Source: Octopus vulgaris (Eukaryota). Taken from it: DNA of 64,000 bases. Positions 1-14,760 of this stretch are shown here, in pieces. The position numbers were made by a program, and so were the translations under genes. Every line of letters starts with the position of its first letter. Positions within the stretch are counted from its first letter, which is position 1. The stretch lies in contig OX597831.1 of NCBI GenBank assembly GCA_951406725.2, forward strand, positions 50,406,001-50,470,000. Direction: 5' to 3'. Under the pieces are notes generated by a model that was not told where the DNA came from, did not search any database, and was given only the letters and a program-made list of their open reading frames with translations.

Positions 1-743
1 AGTCTGCTTTTTCTGTAGTTTTGGAGCCGATAATATAATGGATCAGTTACGTACTGGGGTTGAAAATATCGACTAACGACATTTCACAAAGTTTCAGTAC
101 CTATATCAGTAACATTTATTGTATTTCCTTTTCTAAGTTTACGTAGAAGACGATTACGAATGTTATATTTTACTATATCTCAGTGTGACTTCTAAATTAC
201 GAGTGGAATTCAGTAGACGAAAAATGTAGGACAAAACTGTGTGCTTATATTAAAAATTAAAGTAGAAAATTACTAGGATTACTAATTTCACAGCAGTTTC
301 TTCAAAGCGTATCGATTACGTTGTGAACTAAACATCAATTATTTAAAACGGCAAATAAAAAAAGTCTACAACAGACATGTTGATATAATTTACTCACAAG
401 CATCCAACAATTTTACGTCTCAACTGTTTTCAGTCTCAGAGATTGATCATCTTGGGGACACATTTTGGGCAACTCTTTTCGAGAAGCGTACCGCATGACA
501 CTGGGCTCATTATCAGGCAATACTAAAACAATTCAAGACAACTTTTCGTTGTGTGTGCCATTCAAAAATTTCCCAAGGCTGATTCTAACTATGCCATTCG
601 CTTCACAATTCATTTTTCTAAAGATATGCATCATCCTCTCCCACTCGACGCCTCTCACACACATACACACACGCGCTCACACATAAAAAGGAATACGTTT
701 TCTTTCATTTTCTAGGTTGTTTCTTTATTTCGTATATGTGTAC

Positions 744-783
<40 letters not shown>

Positions 784-912
784 ATCGAGGGCTATTACTG
801 TGCGTAAAAGCCACATACTTTAATGAGACTCTAAGGTCAAACTACTTGAATAAGTATACACACGCGCCGACATCGTGAGAATGAAAGCTAGGAGAAATTC
901 CTTCAATAAAAA

Positions 913-977
913 TTAGTATACTACTAATGATTTCGTGGTCATCATATATTACCATGTTCACCACTCATCAGTACGAA
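913..977 (-). ncRNA. Type I hammerhead ribozyme motif, intact core
   Basis: Minus strand ttcgta-CTGATGA-gtggt...accac-GAAA-tcattagta-GTA-tactaa, followed by a ~130 nt tail ending at the (TA)n at ~750-778. Confidence 0.65.
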
Positions 978-2384
978 CATAACCGGGAAAAATAATATAT
1001 AAACATCTGTACATATCAAACGAACACAACACATCCAGAAGAGCATATACAAATGTTTATATTTATAAAACCAATTTAAAGGGGTCCCTGCCTAGTTAAT
1101 CTCGCCACCTGTGTATAATATATAGCGGTTCAATATTTGTAAATAAAATATAAGGATAAAATATCTATAAAATTCCATCGAGTAGCCAGCATTGATTCAA
1201 ATACGACTCTGCTAGAGATCAAACGCATCGAAGAAGGGAAAATATATTTTCAGACATTCGATGTTTTCATCTATTTGCCATTCTTTTATTAGCCATTTTA
1301 CTTGTGCATTAATCCTATTTAAAAATGGAAGCGAACAATCACACCAAATTTCATACTCTGCTTTGTACGTGTCCAACAAAAGAGCCATCCTTTACATTTC
1401 TTTGCGTTGTTTTTGGTGTATAATCATCACAGTGTATAACGTAATTATATAACAAATGAGACAAGAGAATATGTTACACAATTCAATTTTCTATCAGTAT
1501 AGTCTCCTCTTCTTGATATTTTTATACTTTTTTTCTGCTTTCTCCCATTTTGTTTTAATATTTCTCTTTTCCATCATTATATCTTGCTATATTTTTTACT
1601 GACGTTTTCTGTGTTATATCCATTTATTATAACCAGTTTCCTATTCATTCTCCTTCTGGAGATTGAGAACAGGATCTTTCAATTTTTCGCCTCTTTTGTT
1701 TAATTTATATCGTTTTATTTTTAGTCATAATCAAACGTAGACTGATTTTCTGCACTTAACAAGAATGGCTGTTTAGATCTACATCGTTATGTGCATAGAA
1801 AAAACGTGAACATATTGGCACAGTTTCATATGATTTTTCTGTCTGTTGTTAACACACTGAGCATGAGAAACTCTTCAAACAATTTTTGTCAGTGAGAAAG
1901 GAACACGCAAAAGTATTTCAACATGTGCATTAAGTAGGTAATGTTTTATCGCTACAATAGTTAGAACGTGTATCGTTACTACACAGAACTTTATTGATAA
2001 TTATTATTGCTTGACCACGGCCTTCTCTGATCAAACAATCTAGTAATCAAATGCGTTCCATCACTCACATCCCAGTCTTTTAGAAGTCTCTAGGACAACA
2101 ATTTTGTTAACATCGGTTATAAAATTTGTACAGTTCCATTTAAAAGAAAATTAGATGATTATTTTAGCAAGAGAGATGCAGGAACAACGTGCAGGTGCCC
2201 TTGTTGGTTCAATTCATTTGTAATATTACAAATGCAGCGGTGGTGTATTGGAAATTGTGGAATGCCTGACAAAGTATTTTAACGAGTATAGTCTGCGTAA
2301 CTGACTTTACTTTTTATATTTCCAGTATCAATAAAATATACGCGAGTATACTAGTATACAATCATTTATACATACATACATACA

Positions 2385-2495
<111 letters not shown>

Positions 2496-2687
2496 ATTGT
2501 ATTGTTCTTTATGTTATAACCAATTTAATCGACTTAGTAGTATTGGTCCATGACTACATAAATGTAATCAATATTCGTCTAAATATTTACGGCTTTATAT
2601 TTTTTTAATGGCATCGAAACAGTTTTATAATTCGATCTTACAATCTTCAAATTTATTGAAGATATACAACTTCGCATATATATACAT

Positions 2688-2755
<68 letters not shown>

Positions 2756-2776
2756 ATATATACACATATATGTATG

Positions 2777-2809
<33 letters not shown>

Positions 2810-4046
2810 GCATATATGTATATACAAACACACCTATATGTATGTATGTTTGTATGTGTGTGTGTGTGTGTGTGTGCGCGCGTAAACAAAACTATAAAAG
2901 ATATTTCGGATCGTTTTAAGATGATTGTAAAATCTTTAACATTCCAATTTCAATATACCTTAATTAAATGTCACTTTTATTGTAGATTCTAAATTCTTTC
3001 TTTCCTCAAAATATGCAGTTCTCTCTCGTTATATTTTGTCATTCACTGTAATCATTTCCTTTATAAATTATTGTTTCTGTCTTAAACTTCTTTATCGTTT
3101 CTTTGTTATGCCCACCAGTCTAACTAGCGTTAACTTTCGTTGTCATGACAATGTTGTTATTGCTATTATCATTTTAAATCTGGTCAGAAAAATGTTGTTC
3201 AAATATATAGCAAGGTGAGCAAAGGAAAGTACTTTAATATTTGACTATTTTATAACGGCTAATTTTTCGCTTAAACTTTGAAAGTTATATCATTATTTAT
3301 CGATTTCGATTTTTACTTTTATATGTGTGCAAAAGTTATCTCACTAATTTCGTTGTGTTTCGTTTCTTTTACATATTTTATCGTTTTACAAATTTCGATC
3401 TTTCTTAAAAATTTAGAAAATGTGTTGCTTTTAACCTTTGTTGGGTAGCATATGGCCTATAAAAACAGACACCTACGAATTCTTGGAAAAAGTTATTTCC
3501 GATGTTTCTTCAGACATTTTACGTTTTATGTTAAAATCTTGCGGGGGTAAATTTTACGTTTGTTCATTCAGGATCGATAGAATAAAGTATTGTGAAGTAT
3601 TGGAGCGTATAGTAAGGACTGTTTTCCCAGAAATGTCGTGGACATGTGCCTAAATCAAAAACAGCTATTATTCGACATTCTAGCAATCACAGTTAATCAG
3701 TCAGTCAATCAACTGGAAAAATCTTTCACCGTTCACCACCTCAACAGTGACACGTCCATGATACTCTGGACCAGTACCTGAGTTTTCATTCAAATTATAG
3801 TTCTATATATTACAAAGTTGACATATATGCGTGTGGTATATAAACATGAAGAAAACAACCAGGACGGAGGTGTTTCTCCTAGTTTATTTAATTACATTTT
3901 CAGCATGACAATGGCTCCCCAACATTACAAGGGTATCATTAATATATTTCTTTTTACTGTTTTGTTCATGTAATTTCTATCCATCCACCCTTTATCATAT
4001 ACGTGAGTGTATGTGTGCCTGTGCGTATATGTGTGTGTTTGCTTGT

Positions 4047-4111
<65 letters not shown>

Positions 4112-4138
4112 TATTTATATATATATATATATAAATAG

Positions 4139-4450
4139 TGAAGGCGCATGGCTCAGTGGTTGCGATCGTGAGGTTGTGAGTTTGAATCCCAGACCGGGCT
4201 GCGTGTTGTGTTCTTGAGCAAAACAGTTTATTTCACGTTGCTCCAGGTCACTCAGCTGTAGAAATGAGTTGCGATGTCACCGGTGCCAAACTGTATCTGC
4301 TTTTCCCTTGGACAACATCAATGGTGTGGTGAGGGGAGGCCAGTATGCATGGGCGACTGCTGGTCTTCCTTAAAAAACAACCTTGCCCGGGCTTGTGCCT
4401 CGGAGGGTAACTTTCTAGGTGCCACGGTCAGCCATGACCAAAGGGGATCT
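4139..4450 (+). mobile_element. tRNA-derived SINE (third family) with (CAA)n tail
   Basis: A box tggctcagtgg, B box gagtttgaatccc, central ttgtgttcttgagcaaaacag, then (caa)n. Confidence 0.7.
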
Positions 4451-4989
4451 CAACAACAACAACAACAACAACAACAGCAACATATAATTAAAGATAATCA
4501 CAAAATTAAAAATGAAATTATAAATTAATATGGGATTGATAATATAAGTATAAATAAAATATTCTTAATAGTGGGTTGATTAGCCAGAGTGATAACTGTA
4601 ATAATAGAATAAATGTTTACGCGGATGGAAATATCGAATATCAAGCTAATTACTGTGGTGACATGTTCACTAGTGGAGAGTAATTGCTAATAATATTAAA
4701 ACTCGACAAATCGACTACTATCATACTGAAAGGGAAAAATAAAAATGAATGGAAAATTCAAGCTAATCATAACGCTAATATATCCACAGCAAATACCTAC
4801 CACAGTAATAGGACTAAAAGGATCATTAAGTCTTGCAATGTAACTGCTACGAGTAACGGAAGGGATAGGGATGGAGCTCGTCATAATTTAAATAACTCTA
4901 CCAAAAGTATTGGCAATTGTATTGATAGGAATAGAAATCATACGATTCATCATAATGGAAATTATGAAGATATATACCATAAGATAATA

Positions 4990-5215
4990 AAATGACATTT
5001 ATTGCATAAACAAGACGTAATTTTCTATGACCCATCTTAGAATTAGGCTACGGCTAGTAAGCTTTCTGAAGAACTGTGTAGTTCGTTAGAGAGCATATTT
5101 TCCCCATCTAATAAGTACCACCGTTTATTTGATAAAAGAAAAATAAGAATCTTATGCTGTCTTCCTCCTAACCTTGGAGCAATTATAGCTAGTATTAAAG
5201 AAAACGAATACTAGC
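4990..5215 (+). pseudogene. Naiad-type PLE RT-EN linker relic
   Basis: VIFYDPS...SIFSPSNKYHRLFDKRKIRILCCLPPNLGAIIAS resembles the IWFNPP...HFP..HKIFNRNT.K.SYSC.PN..II..HN motif. Confidence 0.55.
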
Positions 5216-5564
5216 TTAGCCCAAAACTATGAGCGGAATGAAATAGATGAAAATGTTAATGGGAGGCGAAAGTGAAGATCGGAATAGAACAGCCCAAACA
5301 TTAGCGGTGAGTATTACGAAAATGGTAGTGATAATAGTAACCAACTTAACGTTAACTATAATGATAGCAGTGGTGGTAGGAAGTGTACTGATAACGTTAG
5401 CAGTGATAGTTTTAGCGAGATTATTAATACTGTAGATAACAGCTGTGATAGCTTATATCGACGTAGTACGAATGGTTGTTGCAGCAATGATAATGCCAAT
5501 GACAATAATGGTACTAATACTAGTTGTAATAATCAAACCAAAAATAGTAATGGTGGTGATGGAC

Positions 5565-5940
5565 CACCTAATTTCCGAGTGTAAGGTTTTAGCACCTGTA
5601 GAATATAAATCAAGACATGACAAAGTTGGCTAATATCTACAATGGTTAATATGTCGGCTTTATAAAACCAAAACTGCTCACAAATGGTTCAAGCACTACC
5701 CTGAGGCTGTAACTGAGGGAGAAAATGGAACGATTCTTTAGGACTTTCCAGTACATACAGACCGGACTATCAAAGCTAATAAACCAGATAAAGAATAAAG
5801 CAATAAAATTTGTTTATTGATTAATATGAGCATATCTTGGGGTTAAAATATCTCGGCAAAGAATTTGATAAGCTCAGAAAACAAAGGTTTACTGGTTGAA
5901 ATCGAAAAAACGGTTACAATACTAGTCATTGGTAGTTGCA
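5565..5940 (+). mobile_element. R4/Dong-like (restriction-like endonuclease) LINE 3' relic
   Basis: HLISECKVLAPVEYKSRHDKV...IL*DFPVHTDRTIKANKPD...CLLINMSI. Confidence 0.75.
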
Positions 5941-6538
5941 TTATTCACATCAGCAATTATGTCTATATTATTATTATTATTATTGAGTGAGAAAGCAGTG
6001 CATGCCATCAAAGTGACACTGGGGTAAAATATACGAAGCCCAATATACCTATCATGACTACCCGTCTGATAAGGGTACACCAGGCACATGCATCACAACC
6101 ATATGTGCGCGACATGGTGATCTCATATCAAGATAAACAGCACATGACCTTGCAGGTGGGGCCCAGTTAGAATTTTTTTCACGTTGAGTAGCCCATCCCG
6201 CTCAAAAGGTCTCTGAATAAGGGTTGTTTAAGGATGTTGAAAGAACCACCCATGTTTCCAGAGGTGAATTATTCAAACCCCAAAGAATCCCTCTCAACAC
6301 ATGGCTATGATGCACCCCCACTACTTCTGCTCGTGATCAGAGATGCACATATCGTCAGCCACTAAGGGACATGCTCAACTGGTTAAGGTCAAACAACTGA
6401 CAAGCAAATCTGTGGTATTGAGCAGAATATTTACTGTGGCCCATCTTTTATACCAAGACAAAACAATGTACATGATAACACTTCCAATCAGTTAAGATCA
6501 GAAGCCATGATAGCCACTGCCTGGTACTGCATCAGGGC

Positions 6539-6648
<110 letters not shown>

Positions 6649-6884
6649 GTGGAGATGACAACGGGTACCTATTTGGGATTTCTTATAGTATTTATTTTAT
6701 CCCTATTATATCCTCGTGTACTTCTAGACTTTATAAATTCTTATTTCTATTATTATTATCAGTGTTGAGAGCATGTATCCCTGCCCCGTAAAATTCTGTT
6801 GACTGTTCTTCGAGCCAATTATTCACTACAGTTTTCACTTCCTTGTCACTGGAATAACGTTTGCCTCTCAAACCCTCTTTCATG

Positions 6885-7165
6885 GGGCCGAAGAGATGAT
6901 AGTCTAAAGGCGCTAAATTATTACAGTGACAAGGAAGTGAAAACTGTAGTGAAGTGGCTCAAAGAACAGTCAACAGAATTTTACGGGGCAGGGATACATG
7001 TTTTCATTTGAAGGTGGAACAATGCTATTGAGAGAAATAGCGACTGTGATGAGCAGTAGGGATGCGATCCAGAGAGCACCAGCATCATTTTGATGCATGA
7101 CACATGTTCCTGTGTTCGTACTGTCCTAAACAAAATGGCATTACTTTTCTACTCAGCCGCGTATT
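6885..7165 (+). mobile_element. Mariner 3' end relic
   Basis: YSDKEVKTVVKWLKEQSTEFYGAGIH...RWNNAIE, followed by TIR-like cattacttttctactcagccgcgta. Confidence 0.6.
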
Positions 7166-7240
7166 TAATTAATACATCAAATTGATGTTTACAGGTTGAT
7201 ATTTGTTAATTAATTATCTTCGTTTTCGTATTTGACTTCT

Positions 7241-7303
<63 letters not shown>

Positions 7304-7533
7304 TGTATATACACACACACATATATGTATATATACATATATATATACACACATATATACATATATACATAGATATATATATACATATAGACACTTATAT
7401 ATATATATATTTACATATATATGTACATATATATACATATACATACATATATACAGATGTATACAGACATATACATATTTACAAATATATATATATATAT
7501 ATACAAAGATATATGTATGTATATATATATATA

Positions 7534-7573
<40 letters not shown>

Positions 7574-7648
7574 ACAGACATATACATATATACAAAGATA
7601 TATATATATATATATACAAAAATATATGTATGTATATATATATATATA

Positions 7649-7727
<79 letters not shown>

Positions 7728-7728
7728 A

Positions 7729-8135
7729 GGCGCAGGAGTGGCTGTGTGGTAAGTAGCTTGCTAACCAACCACATGGTTCCGGGTTCAATCCCACTGCGTG
7801 GCATCTTGGGCAAGTGTCTTCTACTATAGCCCCGGGCCGACCAATGCCTTGTGAGTTGATTTGGTAGACGGAAACTGAAAGAAGCCTGTCGTATATATGT
7901 ATATATATATATGTGTGTATGTGTTTGTGTGTCTGTGTTTGTCCCCCCCAACATCGCTTGACAACCGATGCTGGTGTGTTTACGTCCCCGTTACTTAGTG
8001 GTTCGGCAAAAGAGACCGATAGAATAAGTACTGGGCTTACAAAGAATAAGTCCCAGGGTCGAATTGCTCGACTAAAGGCGGTGCTCCAGCATGGCCGCAG
8101 TCAAATGACTGAAACAAGTAAAAGAGTAAAAGAGT
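7729..8135 (+). mobile_element. CORE-type tRNA-derived SINE with internal TA/TG microsatellite
   Basis: A box gtggctgtgtggtaag, B box gggttcaatccc, CORE-like gcgtggcatcttgggcaagtg. Further copies at 27110-27535(+), 36662-37050(+), 54158-54945(+, interrupted), 32965-33110(-), 31025-31195 (3' half) and 39420-39610(-). Confidence 0.85.
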
Positions 8136-8146
8136 ATATTATACAA

Positions 8147-8200
<54 letters not shown>

Positions 8201-8205
8201 CAAAG

Positions 8206-8237
<32 letters not shown>

Positions 8238-8451
8238 GATGTTCTGTATATATATATATAGTTAGGGTGTTCTGTTAAGAACGTATAAGAGTACAAATAG
8301 ATCTCGTTCACCTTTAGAATTCCCAAATACCCGGTAGTATTCTGATGGTATGCTACTTATTCTAGTCTTAGGTATTCCTTCTGTGTGAAAATAAAAAGTA
8401 AAATGTAGATGAGTCAAAAGGAAGTGTATGTATGTTTAGGCAGCTTTTTAA

Positions 8452-8580
8452 TCACTACAAATGTTGCGATACATACAGGTCCACGTATATACAGGATTTA
8501 AAGTTAAGTTTAAATATAGATTATGTAACGATTTACCTATATAAGCAGATCTATATATATATATATATCTCCTCAGGCGA
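8452..8580 (-). ncRNA. Hammerhead motif with long stem II (one core substitution), 3' of a Naiad PLE endonuclease relic
   Basis: Minus strand tcgc-CTGAGGA-gatatata...(~85 nt)...tatgtatc-GCAAC-attt-GTA-gtga. Confidence 0.55.
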
Positions 8581-9169
8581 TACTAAGTTGCTGCCTCCGT
8601 AAGTAAATCTAGGTTTCCATGCTACAATATCCATGGCTTCTGTTTTTTAATCTAACAAACGCTGATGGTGTCACTTCGCTCGGTATGTGTCATCACGTTC
8701 GACATGAGATGCAATGTGCACGTTGTCTGTTTATTTATTCAGTTTCAACATGTTATTCTGCACATGCCAAACATGTACCATTACGCAAAATACATTTATC
8801 CATTAGCTCATACTTATACAATCACTTACACACCGATATACTCTACATCACTGAGTGTTTCCATACATACACACATACACTCATACACTCATACGCAGAC
8901 GCTTACAGACATACATGCATATATAAAAATGTATGTACAATTTTTCAGATGCACACACGCGTACATATAATCACCTACATATCAATAAACACATTCACAT
9001 CTATAGATAGACGCTTATACATTTATCTCCTCATTTACGTGTACATAGTTATATCTATATAGTTATATCATTAACCGCTCCATCAAAAATGCACACTCCT
9101 ATACATACGTGAAGGCGGTAAGAAATAGGTTTCGTGAGATGGAATAATAATTATAATTTATAAACCGAT

Positions 9170-9585
9170 CCTTCTGGAAAATGTATATTTGGCACGATGG
9201 TTACATCTTGGAATGTTTTCATGTTTATTCACAAGATTTTCATTACTCTGCAGAATACTCAGTGCTTCCTCAAGGCAACGGTCACATTTGCCGGATAGTG
9301 AAGTACAAGGATGTGCGATTTTTACTATTGTTTTTTACCATTCTATTTGGTATTTAATTTTTTATTCTTTCTGTCCCCATATGAGGTCTGCCAGTGAGGT
9401 TGTGTGCCTTCTATCTATTTTTCGGAATGACGAGATGTAGTTTCGATAACGGACTTTGAATTGGCTTTCAGTGGCACCGATGTACACTTAATTATGTTGA
9501 GATTATGCATTTATATACTATGTTTTTTTCTGAGCACATTGGTTCAGGAGCGGACATGTGGATTTTCTACGGCATGTGCAGTTAA
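9170..9585 (-). pseudogene. Naiad-type PLE GIY-YIG endonuclease relic
   Basis: Minus-strand translation across frameshifts/stops: NCTCRRKSTCPLLNQC...IVYKC...VYIGATESQFKVRYRNYISSFR...TSLADLIW...IEW...GKCDRCLEE...LVNK...RCNHRAKY. This matches the Naiad/Chlamys endonuclease layout. Confidence 0.85.
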
Positions 9586-11680
9586 TCGTTTTAAAAAATA
9601 GACATGTTTACCTGTAATCCTCTAAATCATGTTCACAGCATGGTCACATTGCAGTGAAATTAGTAAGAAAAATTAATATAATAATATAAAACGTAGAGGC
9701 TAAGAGAGAGAGAGGATAGGATATTGGATACAAATCTATCAGCGATGAGGTCTACCGAACTTCTGGCATTCGCTGTATCTCTGGTTAGAATTCTCTATAA
9801 TACACAGTGCTTCAGTTAATCTAGAAATTGAGGTTAACTCCACAAGATCATCGGCGAATCAGAGAAGGATTTTTTATTCCTAATCCGCTTGTCATAATGA
9901 AAGCTTCCCTCGTAATTTCTTCCGGCTTAGTCAGCATTTGCTTTCATGCTGACTAAAGATGTTCATCTTGCACGTTACTTTCAGAGGAGTGGAGCCGTTT
10001 AACTTTTGTTGTGACTAATATTTGTAATTGATTGTATACATCGTGAGTATAAACCAGGCTACGCTACTTCAAATCAGTAGTACATATGACGGTGTAATGT
10101 TTGAAGGAGAAAATAGGCGAAATTAAATTTTGCAAGGATATACCTACTTTACGCCTTCGGTCATTGAACATGGATTCTAAATTCTACTTGATTAGTGGAA
10201 TATTTCAGTTTAGCTATACTTTAATGTTGACGTTCAGTTTATTCAAATGAAATCAGTCGAACCGCAGTTCTGAAAGATGAACTGAATTGAATAAAAGAAA
10301 CTAGATTTTGCGAGAAGTGAAGATAATCAATAACGAATTCATTAATGGAGAAAATGTGAGTTGTACTATCATAATAAAATGACTTACAACTTCGAAAAAT
10401 TTATGAGAGAAAAATTACGCTAAAAAAGAGGTATAATGGAATGTTGAATATTCCACAGGGTGAAGATAGCTGATGCATTGCTTAGTATGTTCAATTTTAC
10501 CTCCCGAGAGGAAGCAAGAAATATGTGTTCTGCATTAACAGCATTCGAGATTTGATTATTAATATTTATTTTATTAGAAGGTAAGAGAGTTTTATCATTT
10601 GTTTTCTCTGTCCTTGGGCGTGCTATTAATTGTATCATGTACAGTGTCATTGTCCAGTATTTGAGTTTCATTTCAAGAACTAGGTTTCATTTCAACGATT
10701 TCACAAGTTCTTATTCCATAACCATTGAGATTTACGATATCCATGTAATCGCGCATTATATTTGAAACAACTTCCTTATCATAGATATCATTCTGCATTA
10801 TGTATTGGTTGATCTCACCACTTATTTTTAGATTATATTAGAGCTATTTTCCTACATTTTCAGAGAGCCAAATTTCCTTTAGCCGTTATGAAATTGTTAA
10901 AGAATGAAGAAAAACGTTATCATTTCTTCTTTGCCTTTCGGCACTATGCATTAAAAACCCCCGAGAGATCGTTGGCGATTATTTCACACTTTACCTCCAT
11001 ATATTGAATATCCGCGTCATTTCATGTACTCGCATCATTTCACACCTGCAAATAAAAGTGGATATAAGTACTCATGTAGAAAGCTTCCATATTTCATGTA
11101 CGAATTTCCTAGTTATTCACGAATTAACACTAATTTTATTTCTCAAACGAGAATTACATTACTCAACCACTGATTTGATAAACACCTAGGAACTAAAAAA
11201 ACGAAGTATGCCACACATTTTCCATAATAGTACATTATAGTTGTCTTTAAAGTATGATTATAGTGGCGAGATGGCAGAATTGTTAGAGCACCAGGAAAAG
11301 GCCCCGCAACTTTCTGGCTCTTGATATTCAGAGATCAAATCCCACTCGAAAAATCAAAGGATCAGTGAAGTAGTTGGTTGAAGGTATTGTCTAATCCCGT
11401 CCACTCAAATTTTTTGCCCCTCTGCCAAAATAAGAAAATATTAGGTAGTGGTTGCTTGAAAGTTAAATAACACCACAATGTGTAAGGAAATACTACTACA
11501 AAACAAGAGAGACATCATTCATTTTTATAATTTCATTAAAACTGTTCATTTTAAAATTATGTTTGATTTAATTTGCTACTGATACATGAAATTGTTTTAC
11601 TGGAAGTTTAACAATATCATTTAAATTTCACTGAAACAAACTGGACCTAGAAGATTTGTACCCATACAACTCGTAGTTAA

Positions 11681-11796
11681 TCATCATCATCATTGTTCGA
11701 CCGTGGTCGAGACAATGGAATTCACTATGTTACGCCAGACTTCACGGTCCATCATAGCATTACGGAGGTCCTGTTGCTGGATGCCTGTATCCCTAG
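11681..11796 (-). mobile_element. 3' tip of an RTE-type LINE
   Basis: Minus strand RDTGIQQQDLRNAMMDREVWRNIVNSIVSTTVEQ* followed by a (TGA)n tail. Confidence 0.6.
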
Positions 11797-11809
11797 AGTT
11801 AATAATCGT

Positions 11810-12098
<289 letters not shown>

Positions 12099-12099
12099 T

Positions 12100-14260
12100 C
12101 TTTTTATTGGCTACAAGGGCGACACACAAAAGCAAATGACAGTGGTGGTTTACATAAAGTGCGTGTAAGGAGTAACAAAAAACAATAACAATTAGCAATG
12201 GACAATCGATACGGGAAACCCATTTGGAACCTAAAAGCCAATTGGAAGCCACTGAACAAGTTGTTGAGGCATTTACATCCGCCCTCCTATCGGCTAACCT
12301 CACCCTCTCCAAGCGTGCATCGAAAATGGTGTTCCAGTTAGCTACTAGCACTAAAGAGCAAATCCTCTCAAGGAAATCTCCAAACGTCTGAAGAAATCCG
12401 GTTGCTCCTCCTCATTTGGGCATACACAGTGACTAGTCAAAAAGTATCACTTTCGCTATTGCTCACATCCAAGACCACCAACTTACGACAGGTCTTTCCT
12501 ATGCAGCGCTGCCACCAGCCTCTCATTCCAGGCTGTCTAAGTGATGCGTAAATCTCAAAAATCTTCAAAACTAGGGGCAAGATTGTGCGTGTAGGAAATC
12601 CTGGTTTCGCTGACGGCCGTTGCATCCATAGCTAGAGACCTTGTTTCCAGAGGCATTCACACTATCATCAGTGTTGAATGGTGCTGGTGCCGAAGATCTC
12701 ACCATATCTCTCCTTGTCCTTTTCTTCTTATGAGGGCCATCAATTCTTTGTTGACCCTCCTCACTAGCACGATGTATGGTTGGTCGTTGCTGTTGTGCGT
12801 GTTTTCCTCTTGTGAGTTGTTACCGTTGGTGGAACTGTTTGTGATAGCGGTGAATATGTTGATGATCGCAGTGCTTGAGAGGCTGGTGATACTGTAAGTG
12901 TGTTTCTGGCTTTGTAGTTATGTATCTTTTGCTGTAAATATTAGAGTAGTGTATGATGTGTGTGTTTTCGTTTTGGTTTCTTTGGTTTTGGGATTTCCCC
13001 TGATTTTTACAGAGTGATGCAGAGGTATCCGTATCTAGGGAATCGGGATTCGAGTTTATGTACGTATTTACATTCAGAGGGAGGGAGATGAGAGCTCAGT
13101 TGGGAGAGAGCCTAAGTGTGACCGTTATCATTACTCATTTTGCTGTTGAAGACAGTGGTAGTACATCTGTTGGTGTTGTTGTTGGTGCTGCCGGCGTTGC
13201 TCTTGCTGGTGATGTTGTTGTTGTTGTTGTTGTTGTTGTTAAGCAACAAGACGGTTAAGGGTGTTTAGGTGATAGTCTAGGGCTTAGGTGCGGGAGACCC
13301 CAGACCTTGGAAAAAAACTTTGGTCGCCTTGTTGTAGTCGAGAACTCTTCGTTGACACCCGACACCACTGGGAGGTGGCCCTCGAAGTCGCTGGAAATAG
13401 AGATCTTCAGGTCCAAATTCTTGAACGGCTGCTGGTGCTGCTATTATTACAGCTGTCGCCGTTGTTGCTCTTTCTGTTGGTTTTGGTGTTCTTCCAGCAT
13501 TTGCTGCTTTTGGTGTTCCTGTTGTTGTTGGAGTTGTCACCGCTAAGGTTGCTGCCGTTTTTGTTGTTGAGCGTTGCTGGTTTAGTTGTTGAAGCTTTTG
13601 TTGACCCGGTGTTAGCAGTAACACGGTTTTATGGTTCCCTGATTTCTGTTGGGGACAGAAAGTTCTTAAGAGGCCTATCTCCCTACGCAGCTGGCCCCGT
13701 GGATTTCTAACCTTAACATAACACGCAGCTCTTCTCGACCAGGGAGCAAATAATGCCTGAGATCTTGTAGACCGTATCTGATTTAATGTGGAGTAGCACT
13801 TGTACATTGATCCCTGACCAATTTTCATGACTGGTCCGCTTCACATACAGCAGGCTATTATTCCTCTCCAAAACAATACACTAAAATCCACTATAAATTT
13901 AGCTCCGGAAATGTCCCTGAAATCGTTATTCGCACCGACTTCCTTCCAAAATACTATGGGTGGAGCATATATTTTTTGCCCCAACAGGGAACCACGGACT
14001 GTCCGGCGGCAACAGCTTCAGTCCTGGCTCTCGAGATATGTTGAAAGTCAAGCATAATCTCTTTCAGTGCTGTACATACCACATCTGCCAGTCTAGCTGA
14101 CTCCAGCCGCTTGGTGTTTACAGAAACACATTTATAAATTACGGTTTTTATGTTTCTGCCAACACCACGGGATGGGTGTGGCAATGTCCGACCGCGATTT
14201 TTCCAGCGATATCAGTTTGGGCGCTTGGGCCAGGCACATATCCTTCTATAGTACATCCAT
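12100..14260 (-). mobile_element. Decayed, internally deleted L1/Tx1-like element (ORF1-like plus APE endonuclease fragment)
   Basis: Minus strand: ORF1-like pieces with a degenerate zinc knuckle (RRAACY...RTFCPQ) and a Thr/Ala-rich tail; APE-like FFRRLE...LVANWNTIFDARLE; ends in caataaaaa before an (ATT/ATC)n tract. Confidence 0.45.
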
Positions 14261-14554
14261 CTTATAAAGCTCTATGATGTCGTTACAATTGTTATCCCTG
14301 TTATTCACAATGGAAATATCGTTACCGTTTAAGTTGTTGACGCTGCTGTTCTTTATGTTTTTTTTCCTCTATCATAAAGTTTCTTGATAAAATGGTGGCG
14401 GTAGTGGAATGATGGAGTAAATAATGGCTGTACATGTCATCTTATTGTTGACGCTGTTAGTTGATACCTTTGATATTGTCTCATTTATTGCGGATAATTC
14501 AGGTTCATACCTAGAATTAAATGCTGTGCTATTCTACTATATAAGTACCAAGCT

Positions 14555-14760
14555 CACGAACTGGTTGGAAAAGATAGGGATAAGTGTAAAGATAGAGCAG
14601 CTACAGAATACACTATTGCTTGAAACTGCAGGAATGCTCGCCCGCAGAGTTCTCGAAAATCTAAATGAGTACAGTTAAACTATTCAACTGGTTTTGAACA
14701 ACTGACATTCCGTTAAATTCTACAGTCAAATTGCTGTGTTAAACATGATAGGGATAATAA
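14555..14760 (+). mobile_element. R4/Dong-like LINE extreme 3' end
   Basis: WLEKIGISVKIEQLQNTLLLETAGMLARRVLE resembles the LQK..LLGTA.ILR.VL terminus. Confidence 0.55.

Noticed and set aside
12630-12676. Minus-strand CTGATGA...GAAAC..GTC hammerhead-like match
   Set aside because: Stem I cannot form and stem II is marginal; probably chance.
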